A stretch of 59,176 nt of DNA, filler included. It is 7 parts of 7 records of this genome, joined end to end, with 100 filler letters (N's around TTAATTAATTAA, not from the genome) between each part and the next. Parts side by side here need not be neighbours in the genome. Positions count along the whole stretch, not along the records: positions 49,379 to 59,176 come from SRR31156797_11327; 6 more parts are not named here. One strand, 5' to 3'. The notes beneath the pieces are model-generated. The model had not been told where the DNA came from. It did no database searches and was given only the letters and a program-made list of their open reading frames with translations. Numbering within the stretch: position 1 is the stretch's first letter; every line of letters begins with the position of its first letter. Positions 50,295-59,176 of this stretch are shown here, in pieces. Both the position numbers and the translations under genes were made by a program.

Positions 50295-53200
50295 ATGAAA
50301 TTGCAATTTATTTATATATTGTTCTTTTTAATGCTGATTTACAGTAATTTATGTGCCCAGGATAAAAAATTTAATTTTAATGCTGAACGCCAGCAAATTG
50401 TATCTGTTCTGAAAGAAATTGAAGAAACCAGTAATTATCGATTTTTTTATATACGCGAACAGGTAAACGTTGAACGGTTGGTTACTGTTAAAGTAAGAAA
50501 TGCCACTGTAGAAGAAATTTTAGATGAATTGTTTAGAGGGCAAGGTGTTTCATTTCAGGTAATGGATAATTATTTGATTTTATTAAGTCCTGATAATTTT
50601 GTTTTCGAAAAAACGATAGAAGATTCAGAATTAGGTGAAGTAAATGGCATAATTAGAGATGAAGCTGGAATTCCTATGTCTGGCGTGTCAGTGGTAATAA
50701 AGGGAACCAATAAGGGAACATTTTCCGATGAAAATGGAGGTTTTTCATTAATAAATATTCCCTTAAATGCAACTTTGCAATTTTCATTTGTAGGAAAAAA
50801 CACAAAAGAAGTGCAGGTTAATGGTCAACAAAATTTAAGGATAACACTTACTACAGAAGATTTTGATATTGAGGAAGTACTGGCTATCGGATACGGAGTT
50901 CAACGAAAAATTGATGTTACCGGATCGGTTGGGGCACTGCAAAGAAGTAAGATTTTAGATAAACCTGTTTTTAATGCTTTACAGGGGCTTCAGGGTAAGG
51001 TTGCGGGAGTAAATATTTTTTCAAATTCAGGATCGCCAACAGGAAGTGCACGGGTAATTATCCGGGGTATAAACTCCATTGAAACAACTTCTGATCCTTT
51101 GTATGTTGTCGATGGTGTTGCAATGGAACACTTCGATTTGCTAAATCCCAACGACATTGAAAGTATTGAAGTGTTAAAAGATGCATCGTCGGCGGCAATT
51201 TACGGAGCGAGAGGTGCAAATGGTGTTGTGTTGGTTACCACAAAAAGAGGCGCAAAAAACAACGAAATTGTTGTTAAGTACGATGGTTATTTTACCGTAG
51301 GACGTATTCGAAAAAAAATGGATGTTTTAAATTCCAGCGAATGGCTCCAAGTAGTAAAACAAGGTTATGCAAATGCACCTAAATATAGCAACTACGATGA
51401 AAATAATATTCCAACAATAGAATTTACCGATCCTAATTTGTTTGATGCAAACGGATTACCGTTATACGATACCGACTGGCAGAAAGAAGCTACCCGTACC
51501 ACTTTTTCATATAGTAATCAGTTTAGTATTCAACATGGAAATGAAAAATCATCAACGGGTGTGTTTTTAAATTACACCAATATTCAGGGGATTTTGCTGA
51601 ATTCGTGGATGAAACGGGCAAACATTAAAACAGTTTTTGATGCTAAACCAAAAGAGTGGTTAGATTTTGGATTGAATATGCTGTTAAATAAAACCTGGGA
51701 AAATGAAATCGACGAGAGCGGTGGATACCAAATGCCACGCAGAACAATGATTGAATTTGTACCTATTTTACCCGTTAAATTCCCAGATGGAAGCTGGAGT
51801 AGCTCTTCCAGCACAAATAACTTTGCACTGGAAGGAATGTCAAATCCGGTGCATGTGTTAACAACTCAGGAAAGGTTAAGAAACCGGACACAATTTTTTG
51901 GAAATACATTTTTTGCTTTCCATCTTTCGCCAGGACTACAATTGAAAACACAGTTCGGAATCGATTATCATATTAATCAGAACAAAGATTACAGTCCGAA
52001 AGATTTGCTAAATATTTCTTTCCCAAATGCGTATGCCGAGATACGTAATTATGAAACGTTTTATTGGCAGGAAGAAACATTTTTAAATTACGACAAAACT
52101 ATTGCCGAAGAACACCGAATTAGCTCGGTGCTGGGAATAAGCTGGCAGGAACGTACTTACCAGTTTAATAGTATTGGCACCACCGGTTTTTCCGACGATT
52201 TTCTGAAATATAATAATGTGGGGGCAGCAAATAATCCCGATGCTCCTCAATCTGGTTATGAACGCTGGGCAATGAATTCATATTTTTTTCGACTTGCATA
52301 TTCATCGATGAATAAATATCTGGCAACAATTACTGCTCGTGCCGACGGTTCTTCACGATTTGGGAAAAATAATAAATTTGGTTTCTTCCCTTCAGCAGGT
52401 GTTGGTTGGATAATTTCGAATGAAGATTTTTTTAAAGAATATTCTTTCATCGATTATATGAAAATAAGGGCGAGTTATGGAATTACCGGAAATACCGAAC
52501 TCGGAACATATCGGTCGCTGGCAACCATAAGTAGTGGTACGGTGCTTCTGAATAACGAAAGGGTAAATTACAGCGAAGTCACAAAATTATCGAATCCCGC
52601 TTTATCATGGGAAAAGACATCTCAATTTGATCTGGGTTTAAATGTTACTTTGTTCGAGCAGAGTGTTAGTATTGAATTAGATTTTTATCGAAAACTCACC
52701 AGCGATTTATTGCTTGGAAGACCGGTTCCTCATTCAACTGGATTTAATTCTGTAATGGATAATATCGGGGCTGTTTCAAATAGTGGAATCGACTTTTTGT
52801 TTTCCCTTCATAACAGAAAAAATGTACGGTTCCCGTGGGAAATGAATTTTAACCTGAATTATAACCGGAATAGAATAGAAGAACTGGGCGAAAACAACGA
52901 AGATATATTTCCCGGGCCATGGTGGGTTTCCGGGAGCCAGACCATTCTTCGTGTAGGAGAACCACTGGGCTCGTTTTGGGGGTATCGCAGGTTAGGAGTT
53001 TGGGGAACACACGAAATTGCCGAGGCTGCTGCAGTTGGCGCAGTGCCGGGAGTAGCAAAAAGATCAGAAAAGAAAGAAATCCTTGGGAACGGACTTCCCG
53101 ATGTGACCGGGAGTTTTAGTAATAAAGTTTATTTCGGAAATTTTGATGTCTCACTCGATCTTCAATTCTCATTTGGTGCCGAAATTTTGCAACAGTTTTT

Positions 53201-53609
53201 TCATTCGATAGAAGATAGAACAGGTTATGCAAACGGGCTTTCTACAATTTTATATGAAGGTTGGACAGAGAATAACCAGAATACTATGGTGCAGCAAATA
53301 AGAAATGCTTCGGTAAGCGGGCAGAATACCGAAGTTGATGATCATTGGGTTGCAAACGGATCTTATTTGAGAGGAAATTTAATATCGGTTGGATATATGT
53401 TTAATAAAGAAATGCTTAAAAAAACCGGCTTGAATTCGTGTCGGATTTATGCCAGTGTAGACAATGCTTTTGTTATTCATTCAAAAGATTTTAAAGGGTA
53501 CGATCCCGAATCGACATCGTGGACAGGGAATCAATGGGGACAAAATATTTTCTTTTTTCAATATCCAAAACCAACCACCGTTTCGGTTGGAGTTCATATT
53601 GAGTTTTAA
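50295..53609 (+). CDS. SusC/RagA TonB-dependent transporter with an N-terminal STN extension
   Basis: STN-like N-terminus, CarboxypepD-like domain, DIESIEVLKDASSAAIYGARGANGVVLVTTK, C-terminal Phe. Confidence 0.95.
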   Translation: MKLQFIYILFFLMLIYSNLCAQDKKFNFNAERQQIVSVLKEIEETSNYRFFYIREQVNVERLVTVKVRNATVEEILDELFRGQGVSFQVMDNYLILLSPDNFVFEKTIEDSELGEVNGIIRDEAGIPMSGVSVVIKGTNKGTFSDENGGFSLINIPLNATLQFSFVGKNTKEVQVNGQQNLRITLTTEDFDIEEVLAIGYGVQRKIDVTGSVGALQRSKILDKPVFNALQGLQGKVAGVNIFSNSGSPTGSARVIIRGINSIETTSDPLYVVDGVAMEHFDLLNPNDIESIEVLKDASSAAIYGARGANGVVLVTTKRGAKNNEIVVKYDGYFTVGRIRKKMDVLNSSEWLQVVKQGYANAPKYSNYDENNIPTIEFTDPNLFDANGLPLYDTDWQKEATRTTFSYSNQFSIQHGNEKSSTGVFLNYTNIQGILLNSWMKRANIKTVFDAKPKEWLDFGLNMLLNKTWENEIDESGGYQMPRRTMIEFVPILPVKFPDGSWSSSSSTNNFALEGMSNPVHVLTTQERLRNRTQFFGNTFFAFHLSPGLQLKTQFGIDYHINQNKDYSPKDLLNISFPNAYAEIRNYETFYWQEETFLNYDKTIAEEHRISSVLGISWQERTYQFNSIGTTGFSDDFLKYNNVGAANNPDAPQSGYERWAMNSYFFRLAYSSMNKYLATITARADGSSRFGKNNKFGFFPSAGVGWIISNEDFFKEYSFIDYMKIRASYGITGNTELGTYRSLATISSGTVLLNNERVNYSEVTKLSNPALSWEKTSQFDLGLNVTLFEQSVSIELDFYRKLTSDLLLGRPVPHSTGFNSVMDNIGAVSNSGIDFLFSLHNRKNVRFPWEMNFNLNYNRNRIEELGENNEDIFPGPWWVSGSQTILRVGEPLGSFWGYRRLGVWGTHEIAEAAAVGAVPGVAKRSEKKEILGNGLPDVTGSFSNKVYFGNFDVSLDLQFSFGAEILQQFFHSIEDRTGYANGLSTILYEGWTENNQNTMVQQIRNASVSGQNTEVDDHWVANGSYLRGNLISVGYMFNKEMLKKTGLNSCRIYASVDNAFVIHSKDFKGYDPESTSWTGNQWGQNIFFFQYPKPTTVSVGVHIEF

Positions 53610-53623
53610 AAACCGAATTGAAA

Positions 53624-55213
53624 ATGCGAAATACAATGAAAATAACCATAATTCTAATATTTATAAGCCTGCTTTTTGTTTCCTGCCAGGAATTTCTGGC
53701 CGAAGAACCACGAAGCGAAATTAATGTCGATGAGTATTTTAGTTATCCTTCACATGCATATAATGCGGTACATATTTTATACCGGACCGGTTGTCCGAAC
53801 TTCTTTTCTGCCGGTGTTTATGCCGGTAGCAGGGCAATGCTTGGCGGATACATGTCGGGATTATTCGATAATGATTATAAAGGGCAGGAAGTTCATGTGC
53901 AATATTGTCAGGATCTTACCTTAAATGGAAGTAATCTTTCGGGGTATTTCGATGTAATTTGGGATGATTGTTATAATGCCATTTCAAAAGCAAACCTGGC
54001 AATTAATAATATTCCAAAAACTCCCGATTTAACTGAAAGTGAGAAAAAGAATCTAATTGCACAGGCAAAGTTTTTCAGAGCCTTTAACTACTATTATCTG
54101 GTGAAAAACTTTGGAGATGTTCCACTAATTCTTGAGTCATATTCTTCGCTCGAGAATTTATACGTAGAACGTACACCGGCAAAAAATATCTGCGAGCATA
54201 TTATTAAAGATTTGAAATATGCATTTGATGAAGGAGGGTTAAATAATATACCCATGCCTAAAAATGACTTTCTAATTTCAAAAGGTAGTGTAGGTGCTTT
54301 ACTGGCCGATGTGTATTTAAATGTAAGTGGGTATCCGTTATTTATGAATAAATATAATGAAGCAAAAACTGTTGCCCGGGAATTAATTAACAGTGGAAAT
54401 TATAGCTTAATTGAAAACGGAATAACTGAAGCAGAAAGTGCTTATAATATATTGCGTAAATCAGATAATGAAGATGAATATTTGTATAGCATAGAATATA
54501 AATCAAATATAGTTTCAAGCTACTGGCAGCCATCAATTTGTTATCCTGGCAAGGCTACTTCATGGGGAATTCTGAAATATTCGGTTACCAATAATGCATA
54601 TAAACCAACCAGGGCATTATTAAATATTTATAATAAGGAAAAGGATCTGAGAATTCAGGAAAAACAATATTTTCATTCGGGATTAAAGTATACGTTGAAC
54701 GACGAGACAATCACAAAATCTTTTGAAACTACACCTTATTTGTGGCACGACGATGACGCACTTTTTGAAACCGGTGAAACAAATAAAGATATTGTGGTTT
54801 ACCGTTATGCCGAAATTCTTTTAATTGCAGCAGAGACCATTGCTAAAACCGAAGGTGTAACCGATGAAGCTGTTCAGTATTTGGCTGATGTTCGCAGCCG
54901 GGCTTATTGGGAAACTGAAAAAAGTGAAATTGTTGCAGAACTTGCCGGGCTTTCAGAAGTGAAATTTATTGAAGAAGTCTGGAGTGAACGGTTACGTGAA
55001 TTTTCACTCGAAAGTAAACTCTGGTCAGATATACAGCGTACGCGAAAATTCCCGGTAACCGATGAGTCAACTCCGGGAGCTGTTAATTATGTTGAAGTTG
55101 TGGGACATACAACGGTTTGGGGCAAAACCTTTAGCGAATTCCACTTGCTTTTTCCAATCTCTGAAAACGAAAGACAACGAAATCCAAACCTAAGGCAAAA
55201 TCCGGGATATTAG
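53624..55213 (+). CDS. SusD/RagB lipoprotein
   Basis: Lipobox FVSC, AKFFRAFNY..LV..FGDVPL, YRYAEILL, ERLREF, NPNLRQNPGY. Confidence 0.94.
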   Translation: MRNTMKITIILIFISLLFVSCQEFLAEEPRSEINVDEYFSYPSHAYNAVHILYRTGCPNFFSAGVYAGSRAMLGGYMSGLFDNDYKGQEVHVQYCQDLTLNGSNLSGYFDVIWDDCYNAISKANLAINNIPKTPDLTESEKKNLIAQAKFFRAFNYYYLVKNFGDVPLILESYSSLENLYVERTPAKNICEHIIKDLKYAFDEGGLNNIPMPKNDFLISKGSVGALLADVYLNVSGYPLFMNKYNEAKTVARELINSGNYSLIENGITEAESAYNILRKSDNEDEYLYSIEYKSNIVSSYWQPSICYPGKATSWGILKYSVTNNAYKPTRALLNIYNKEKDLRIQEKQYFHSGLKYTLNDETITKSFETTPYLWHDDDALFETGETNKDIVVYRYAEILLIAAETIAKTEGVTDEAVQYLADVRSRAYWETEKSEIVAELAGLSEVKFIEEVWSERLREFSLESKLWSDIQRTRKFPVTDESTPGAVNYVEVVGHTTVWGKTFSEFHLLFPISENERQRNPNLRQNPGY

Positions 55214-55539
55214 GTTTTTTATATTTCTATCTGAAATAAAGAAATATTTGTTTTGTTAGATTGTGATGTTTCGATTCCCTGGAGTATCATTTCAACCAGG
55301 TTTTAAATGATTTGAAGATAAGTTTTAAATTCAATTTATATTATGTTTTAATTTTACTAAATTAGGAGTTAACCGCGAATGAAGTGATTTTTTGTTGGAA
55401 TTCCGGTTTTTTTAATGGAAGCGCATGAATATTCTGTTAGTGCAAAATCAGTAAAATAAAGTTGAAATATGATAATGATTTTGAAAGTATTTATTCAAAA
55501 TTTATAATATAAAAAACCTAATCAAAATTTAGTTGAATC

Positions 55540-56856
55540 ATGAAAAATAAGTATTTATTATCAATTTTTGCCTTCGCAATATTATTAGCACACAGTATTA
55601 TTACTGAAGGGAAATCGAACACTATTCTGGAATCTGTAAATAACATGCAAACCGGTGAATATACCGTTGTAATTGAGGGCTACGACTGGGGAGCGGCAGT
55701 TAGTAAAGTTATTCTACCAACGGAGGAAATGGTTTCTTCTGTTGAAATAAAAGATTTTTCTGTTCAGGTAGAAAGAAAGTCGGAATGTGGAGAGATTGCA
55801 CAAAATGCTACAGGAAAAAGAACGATAATATATGGTTATGTTTCCGATGAAAATGGAAACTTAATTAGTGAAGGAAAAAATGTTACATTGGTAATGTCAG
55901 TCGGACCTAATTTATCCATTGGTTCCCCTTTGCAATATTTTCGTTCAGAAGATTGCAGGGGTACAAAATGGATAGATTATAAAATGACCATTACCAATAA
56001 TTCATCAAACCAAAAATGGGATACAGAAGTAAACCGGATAATTCCTATTGTAGATGATTTCGACCTTTCCGGAACTTTTACTCACGGCAGTATAACAATG
56101 TCTTACGCTTCTTTTGTTCCTGAAACAAAAAACAAAAAATCGCCATTAATAATATGGTTACATGGTGGAGGAGAAGGAGGTTCAGATCCAACAATTCCGT
56201 TGCTGGGAAACCGGGCTGCAAATTATGCATCTGACGAAATTCAGGACTATTTTTCAGGTGCTTATGTTTTGGTTCCACAATGCCCAACAAGATGGATGGA
56301 TACCGGAGAAGATAGTTCAACAAGCGGAGATAAAAACGATATGTACAATGAATCATTGATGGCACTTTTTAAAGAATATGTTGCAGCCAACCCGGGTATC
56401 GACGAGGATAGAATTTATGTGGGAGGCTGTTCAAATGGCGGTTATATAAGTTTAAAACTTTTACTTGTTGAGCCCGATTACTTTGCTGCTGGCTATATCA
56501 GCTCTCTGGCATACCGCTCGCAATATATTTCCGATGAACAAATGGAAAGTATCAAAGATATTCCAATCTGGTTTGTTCATTCGGCCGACGATGGTACAAC
56601 GGTGCCGGAAGAAACCTGTCTTCCTGTATATAAACGGTTAATTGATGCAGGAGCCAAAAATGTTCATCTTTCGTTTTACGACCATGTTGTAGATATTACC
56701 GGATTTTATGGCGGTGAAAACTATCAGTATTCAGGACATTGGTCGTGGGTGTATTTACACGCAAATAAATGCAAATACGATTTTGATGGAACACCGGTGA
56801 CAATAGATGACCGCCCGGTTACAATTATGGAATGGTTGGCGGGACAAAAGAAATGA
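55540..56856 (+). CDS. Exported alpha/beta-hydrolase esterase with an Ig-like N-terminal domain (EstA/COG4099-like)
   Basis: Signal peptide, IWLHGGGEGG, GCSNGG nucleophile, HSADD.TV, GHWSW. Confidence 0.82.
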   Translation: MKNKYLLSIFAFAILLAHSIITEGKSNTILESVNNMQTGEYTVVIEGYDWGAAVSKVILPTEEMVSSVEIKDFSVQVERKSECGEIAQNATGKRTIIYGYVSDENGNLISEGKNVTLVMSVGPNLSIGSPLQYFRSEDCRGTKWIDYKMTITNNSSNQKWDTEVNRIIPIVDDFDLSGTFTHGSITMSYASFVPETKNKKSPLIIWLHGGGEGGSDPTIPLLGNRAANYASDEIQDYFSGAYVLVPQCPTRWMDTGEDSSTSGDKNDMYNESLMALFKEYVAANPGIDEDRIYVGGCSNGGYISLKLLLVEPDYFAAGYISSLAYRSQYISDEQMESIKDIPIWFVHSADDGTTVPEETCLPVYKRLIDAGAKNVHLSFYDHVVDITGFYGGENYQYSGHWSWVYLHANKCKYDFDGTPVTIDDRPVTIMEWLAGQKK

Positions 56857-56860
56857 AAGA

Positions 56861-57862
56861 ATGAATAAAATGAAAATGAATAATTTGTTCGGTATTGCAG
56901 CTGTTCTTTTTATCATTTATTCTTGTGGGAATAAAATGACAGAGAATTCAGTTCCACCGGAAAAAGAACTTTCGAATGGAATAGTTACAGCAAAATTTTA
57001 TCTGCCCGATGCACAGAATGGATATTATCGTTCAACGCGGTTCGATTGGTCTGGGATAATTTATTCGTTGGAATACGAAGGACATTCATACATAGGACAA
57101 TGGTTCGAAAATTACGATCCATATGTTCATGAGTCGATTACCGGACCTGTGGAAGAGTTTGGTACTATTGGGTACGATTCTGCAAAAATTGGCGAAGGAT
57201 TTCTGAAAATAGGGGTGGGTATTTTAAAAAAACCGGATGAAGAACGATATCACTTTTCCAATCAATACGAAATCTTAAATCATGGAGAATGGAAAGTAAA
57301 ATCGGGTGAGCGGAAAATTGATTTTGTGCATACACTTGAAAGTGATATCGGATATTCATATTCCTATTCAAAAACAGTTGAATTGGCAGAAAATAGCCCT
57401 GAAATTACAATAAAACATAAACTGAAAAATACAGGTAATAAAATAATTGATTCGAATGTATATAACCATAATTTTTTCATAATCGATGATGAATTGGCTG
57501 GCCCGGATATAACGCTCGATTTTATATTTAATGTTGAAGGAGAGGGAAGGGGGCTTGGTGAATTGTTTGAAGTTCAGGAGAATAAAATTGTTTATTTAAA
57601 AGACCTGCCTGTTGTAGATGGCAGGCGCACTGTCGGATCGATGGCAATTGAAGGTTACGGTAATTCTGCCGACGATTATGACTTTAGAATCGGTAATAAA
57701 AAAACAAAAACCGGTATAAGAATAAAAGGCGATAAGCCTATAATTCAATTTAGGTTTTGGACAAGCACAACTACATATTGCCCCGAGCCATTTATTAAAA
57801 TTTATGTGGAACCCAATAACGAAATTACCTGGGAGTATAAATACGAATTATATACATTTTAA
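56861..57862 (+). CDS. Lipoprotein, galactose-mutarotase-like beta-sandwich, function unknown
   Basis: Lipobox IIYSC after ATG 56861; YYRSTRFDWSG, YNHNFF and C-terminal CPEP...W.Y.Y resemble the aldose-epimerase fold. Confidence 0.6.
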   Translation: MNKMKMNNLFGIAAVLFIIYSCGNKMTENSVPPEKELSNGIVTAKFYLPDAQNGYYRSTRFDWSGIIYSLEYEGHSYIGQWFENYDPYVHESITGPVEEFGTIGYDSAKIGEGFLKIGVGILKKPDEERYHFSNQYEILNHGEWKVKSGERKIDFVHTLESDIGYSYSYSKTVELAENSPEITIKHKLKNTGNKIIDSNVYNHNFFIIDDELAGPDITLDFIFNVEGEGRGLGELFEVQENKIVYLKDLPVVDGRRTVGSMAIEGYGNSADDYDFRIGNKKTKTGIRIKGDKPIIQFRFWTSTTTYCPEPFIKIYVEPNNEITWEYKYELYTF

Positions 57863-58114
57863 ATGTTTTTTTTGGAAATGAAGCGGTTTTGAAAAATTTT
57901 CGCTGGACTTTTTTGGAATAAAGAGTTTTCCTGAACAATGCCCTAATTGTTAAAAGAATTAGGGCATTGTAGTATCCTGTTTATTAATTTTGACTGAGTT
58001 GAACGGGATTAGCTGCAAATAGAAATGTAAATTTTGTTGAATTAATCCCCTTATTTTTTTGAAGATATGAATGCCTGAAGAAAAGTAGTTGCGATTAATT
58101 TTCTTTTTCTTTTG

Positions 58115-58122
58115 TATATTTG
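58115..58122 (+). promoter_or_regulatory. Bacteroidota -7 promoter element for ribB-deoR
   Basis: TATATTTG about 20 nt upstream of the GTG start. Confidence 0.6.
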
Positions 58123-58141
58123 TGTTTTCAAAAATTAAAAA

Positions 58142-58768
58142 GTGAGCAAAGCAAATTACAAAAAAGTTGAAGAAGCAATAAATGCTTTTAAGAAGGGAAA
58201 GGTTATAATAGTTGCCGACGATGAACATCGCGAGAATGAAGGAGATTTTATAGCGGCAGCTGAATTAATAACACCTGAGATAATAAATTTTATGGCGCAA
58301 AAAGGAAGAGGATTGATTTGTGCTGCAGTTACAGAAAACAGGTGTAAAGAGTTGGAATTGGAAGATATGGTGAAAAATAACAGTGCACTTAATCATACAA
58401 ATTTTACTGTTTCAGTAGATTTAATTGGGCACGGTTGTACAACCGGAATTTCTTCATACGATCGATCAAAAACACTTCAGGCACTGGCAAATAGAAATAC
58501 GCGTCCTGAAGAGTTAGGCCGCCCGGGGCATATTTTTCCTATTAAAGCAAATCCGGGTGGTGTTAGAGTCAGACCGGGACATACCGAAGCCGTAGTTGAT
58601 CTCGCAAAACTTGCCGGATTACAACCGGTGGGTGTTTTAGTGGAAATTATTAAAGATGACGGAACAATGGCGCGTTATCCCGATTTGGTTAAATTAGCTA
58701 ATGAGTATAATTTGAATTTAATTACCACCAAGCAATTAATTGATTTTCTTAATCTAAATCAGATTTAA
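58142..58768 (+). CDS. ribB: 3,4-dihydroxy-2-butanone-4-phosphate synthase, stand-alone
   Basis: DDEHRENEGD, GLIC, FTVSVD, TTGIS..DR, RPGHIFP, GHTEA. Confidence 0.93.
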   Translation: MSKANYKKVEEAINAFKKGKVIIVADDEHRENEGDFIAAAELITPEIINFMAQKGRGLICAAVTENRCKELELEDMVKNNSALNHTNFTVSVDLIGHGCTTGISSYDRSKTLQALANRNTRPEELGRPGHIFPIKANPGGVRVRPGHTEAVVDLAKLAGLQPVGVLVEIIKDDGTMARYPDLVKLANEYNLNLITTKQLIDFLNLNQI

Positions 58769-58769
58769 C

Positions 58770-59176
58770 ATGTTACCACAACAACGAAGACAAAAAATAT
58801 TTGAGTTAATCCGTGAAGATGGTCATGCTAAAGTGTTAAATCTTAGTAAGATATTCAAAGTTACCGAGGTTACCATTAGGCAGGATTTAGAAAAACTGGA
58901 AGAGGAAGGTTTAATTAAAAGAGAACATGGTGGTGCTTATCTCAAAAATATTGGGTTGAATGTTAGAAACATTGAACTCGAAAATAAAGAGAATATGACC
59001 GAGAAATCGTCGATTGCGAAAAAAGCAGTCGAAATGATTAATGATGGTGACACTATTATTCTCGACTCCGGTTCAACTACTTCTGAAATAGCAAAACTAA
59101 TTTCGGGATATAAAAACCTTACCGTAATAACCAATGCACTGAATATTGCGTTAATTTTAGGTGCCGATCCGGAAAT
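58770..59176 (+). CDS. DeoR/GlpR-family regulator, runs off the window
   Basis: Not in the ORF track; MLPQQRRQKIFELI...VTEVTIRQDLEKLEEEGLIKREHGGA...IILDSGSTT...VITNAL. Confidence 0.93.
   Translation, partial: MLPQQRRQKIFELIREDGHAKVLNLSKIFKVTEVTIRQDLEKLEEEGLIKREHGGAYLKNIGLNVRNIELENKENMTEKSSIAKKAVEMINDGDTIILDSGSTTSEIAKLISGYKNLTVITNALNIALILGADPE

Noticed and set aside
57959-59134. Minus-strand ORFs 57959-58228 and 58937-59134
   Set aside because: Shadows of ribB and the DeoR gene.

Overview
This window is not one locus. It is seven unrelated contigs joined by 100-nt N spacers that carry the six-frame stop linker TTAATTAATTAA, so no gene neighbourhood can be inferred across a spacer. Taxon calls below are inferred from composition and protein style. 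(1) 1-6491, very AT-rich diderm (Fusobacteriota-like): carbohydrate ABC operon, a divergent OmpG-like porin and a chemoreceptor. (2) 6592-19905, AT-rich: RsuA, a MarR-controlled operon (old yellow enzyme, two 4-OT tautomerases, FMN-binding protein, haloalkane dehalogenase), dcd, transporters, orphan solute-binding proteins and hcp. (3) 20006-26798, GC-rich (Desulfobacterota-like): BFD-type 2Fe-2S protein, LarA/DUF362-like protein, crotonase, quinone oxidoreductase, APH-type kinase, SDR, a NadC-like protein with a rebuilt active site and a MoeA/CinA-like protein. (4) 26899-33440, Bacteroidota: thrS, YejK-like protein, TonB-like protein and a Na+-pumping carboxyl-CoA decarboxylase operon whose beta subunit carries an extra exported domain. 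(5) 33541-39564, Spirochaetia-like: argD with tandem ARG boxes, and an AraC-linked sugar ABC operon bracketed by two paralogous ATPase-less RarA/MgsA C-terminal-like proteins, next to a tRNA-Leu 3' end. (6) 39665-49278, Bacteroidota: TonB-domain protein and a giant Calx-beta/cadherin adhesin. (7) 49379-59176, Bacteroidota: SusC/SusD, esterase, mutarotase-like lipoprotein and a stand-alone ribB coupled to a DeoR regulator. The best candidates for an undescribed system are the RarA-C-like pair in the sugar operon (contig 5) and the BFD/LarA-like/NadC-like/MoeA-like cluster (contig 3). All family calls come from motif recognition; no searches were run.
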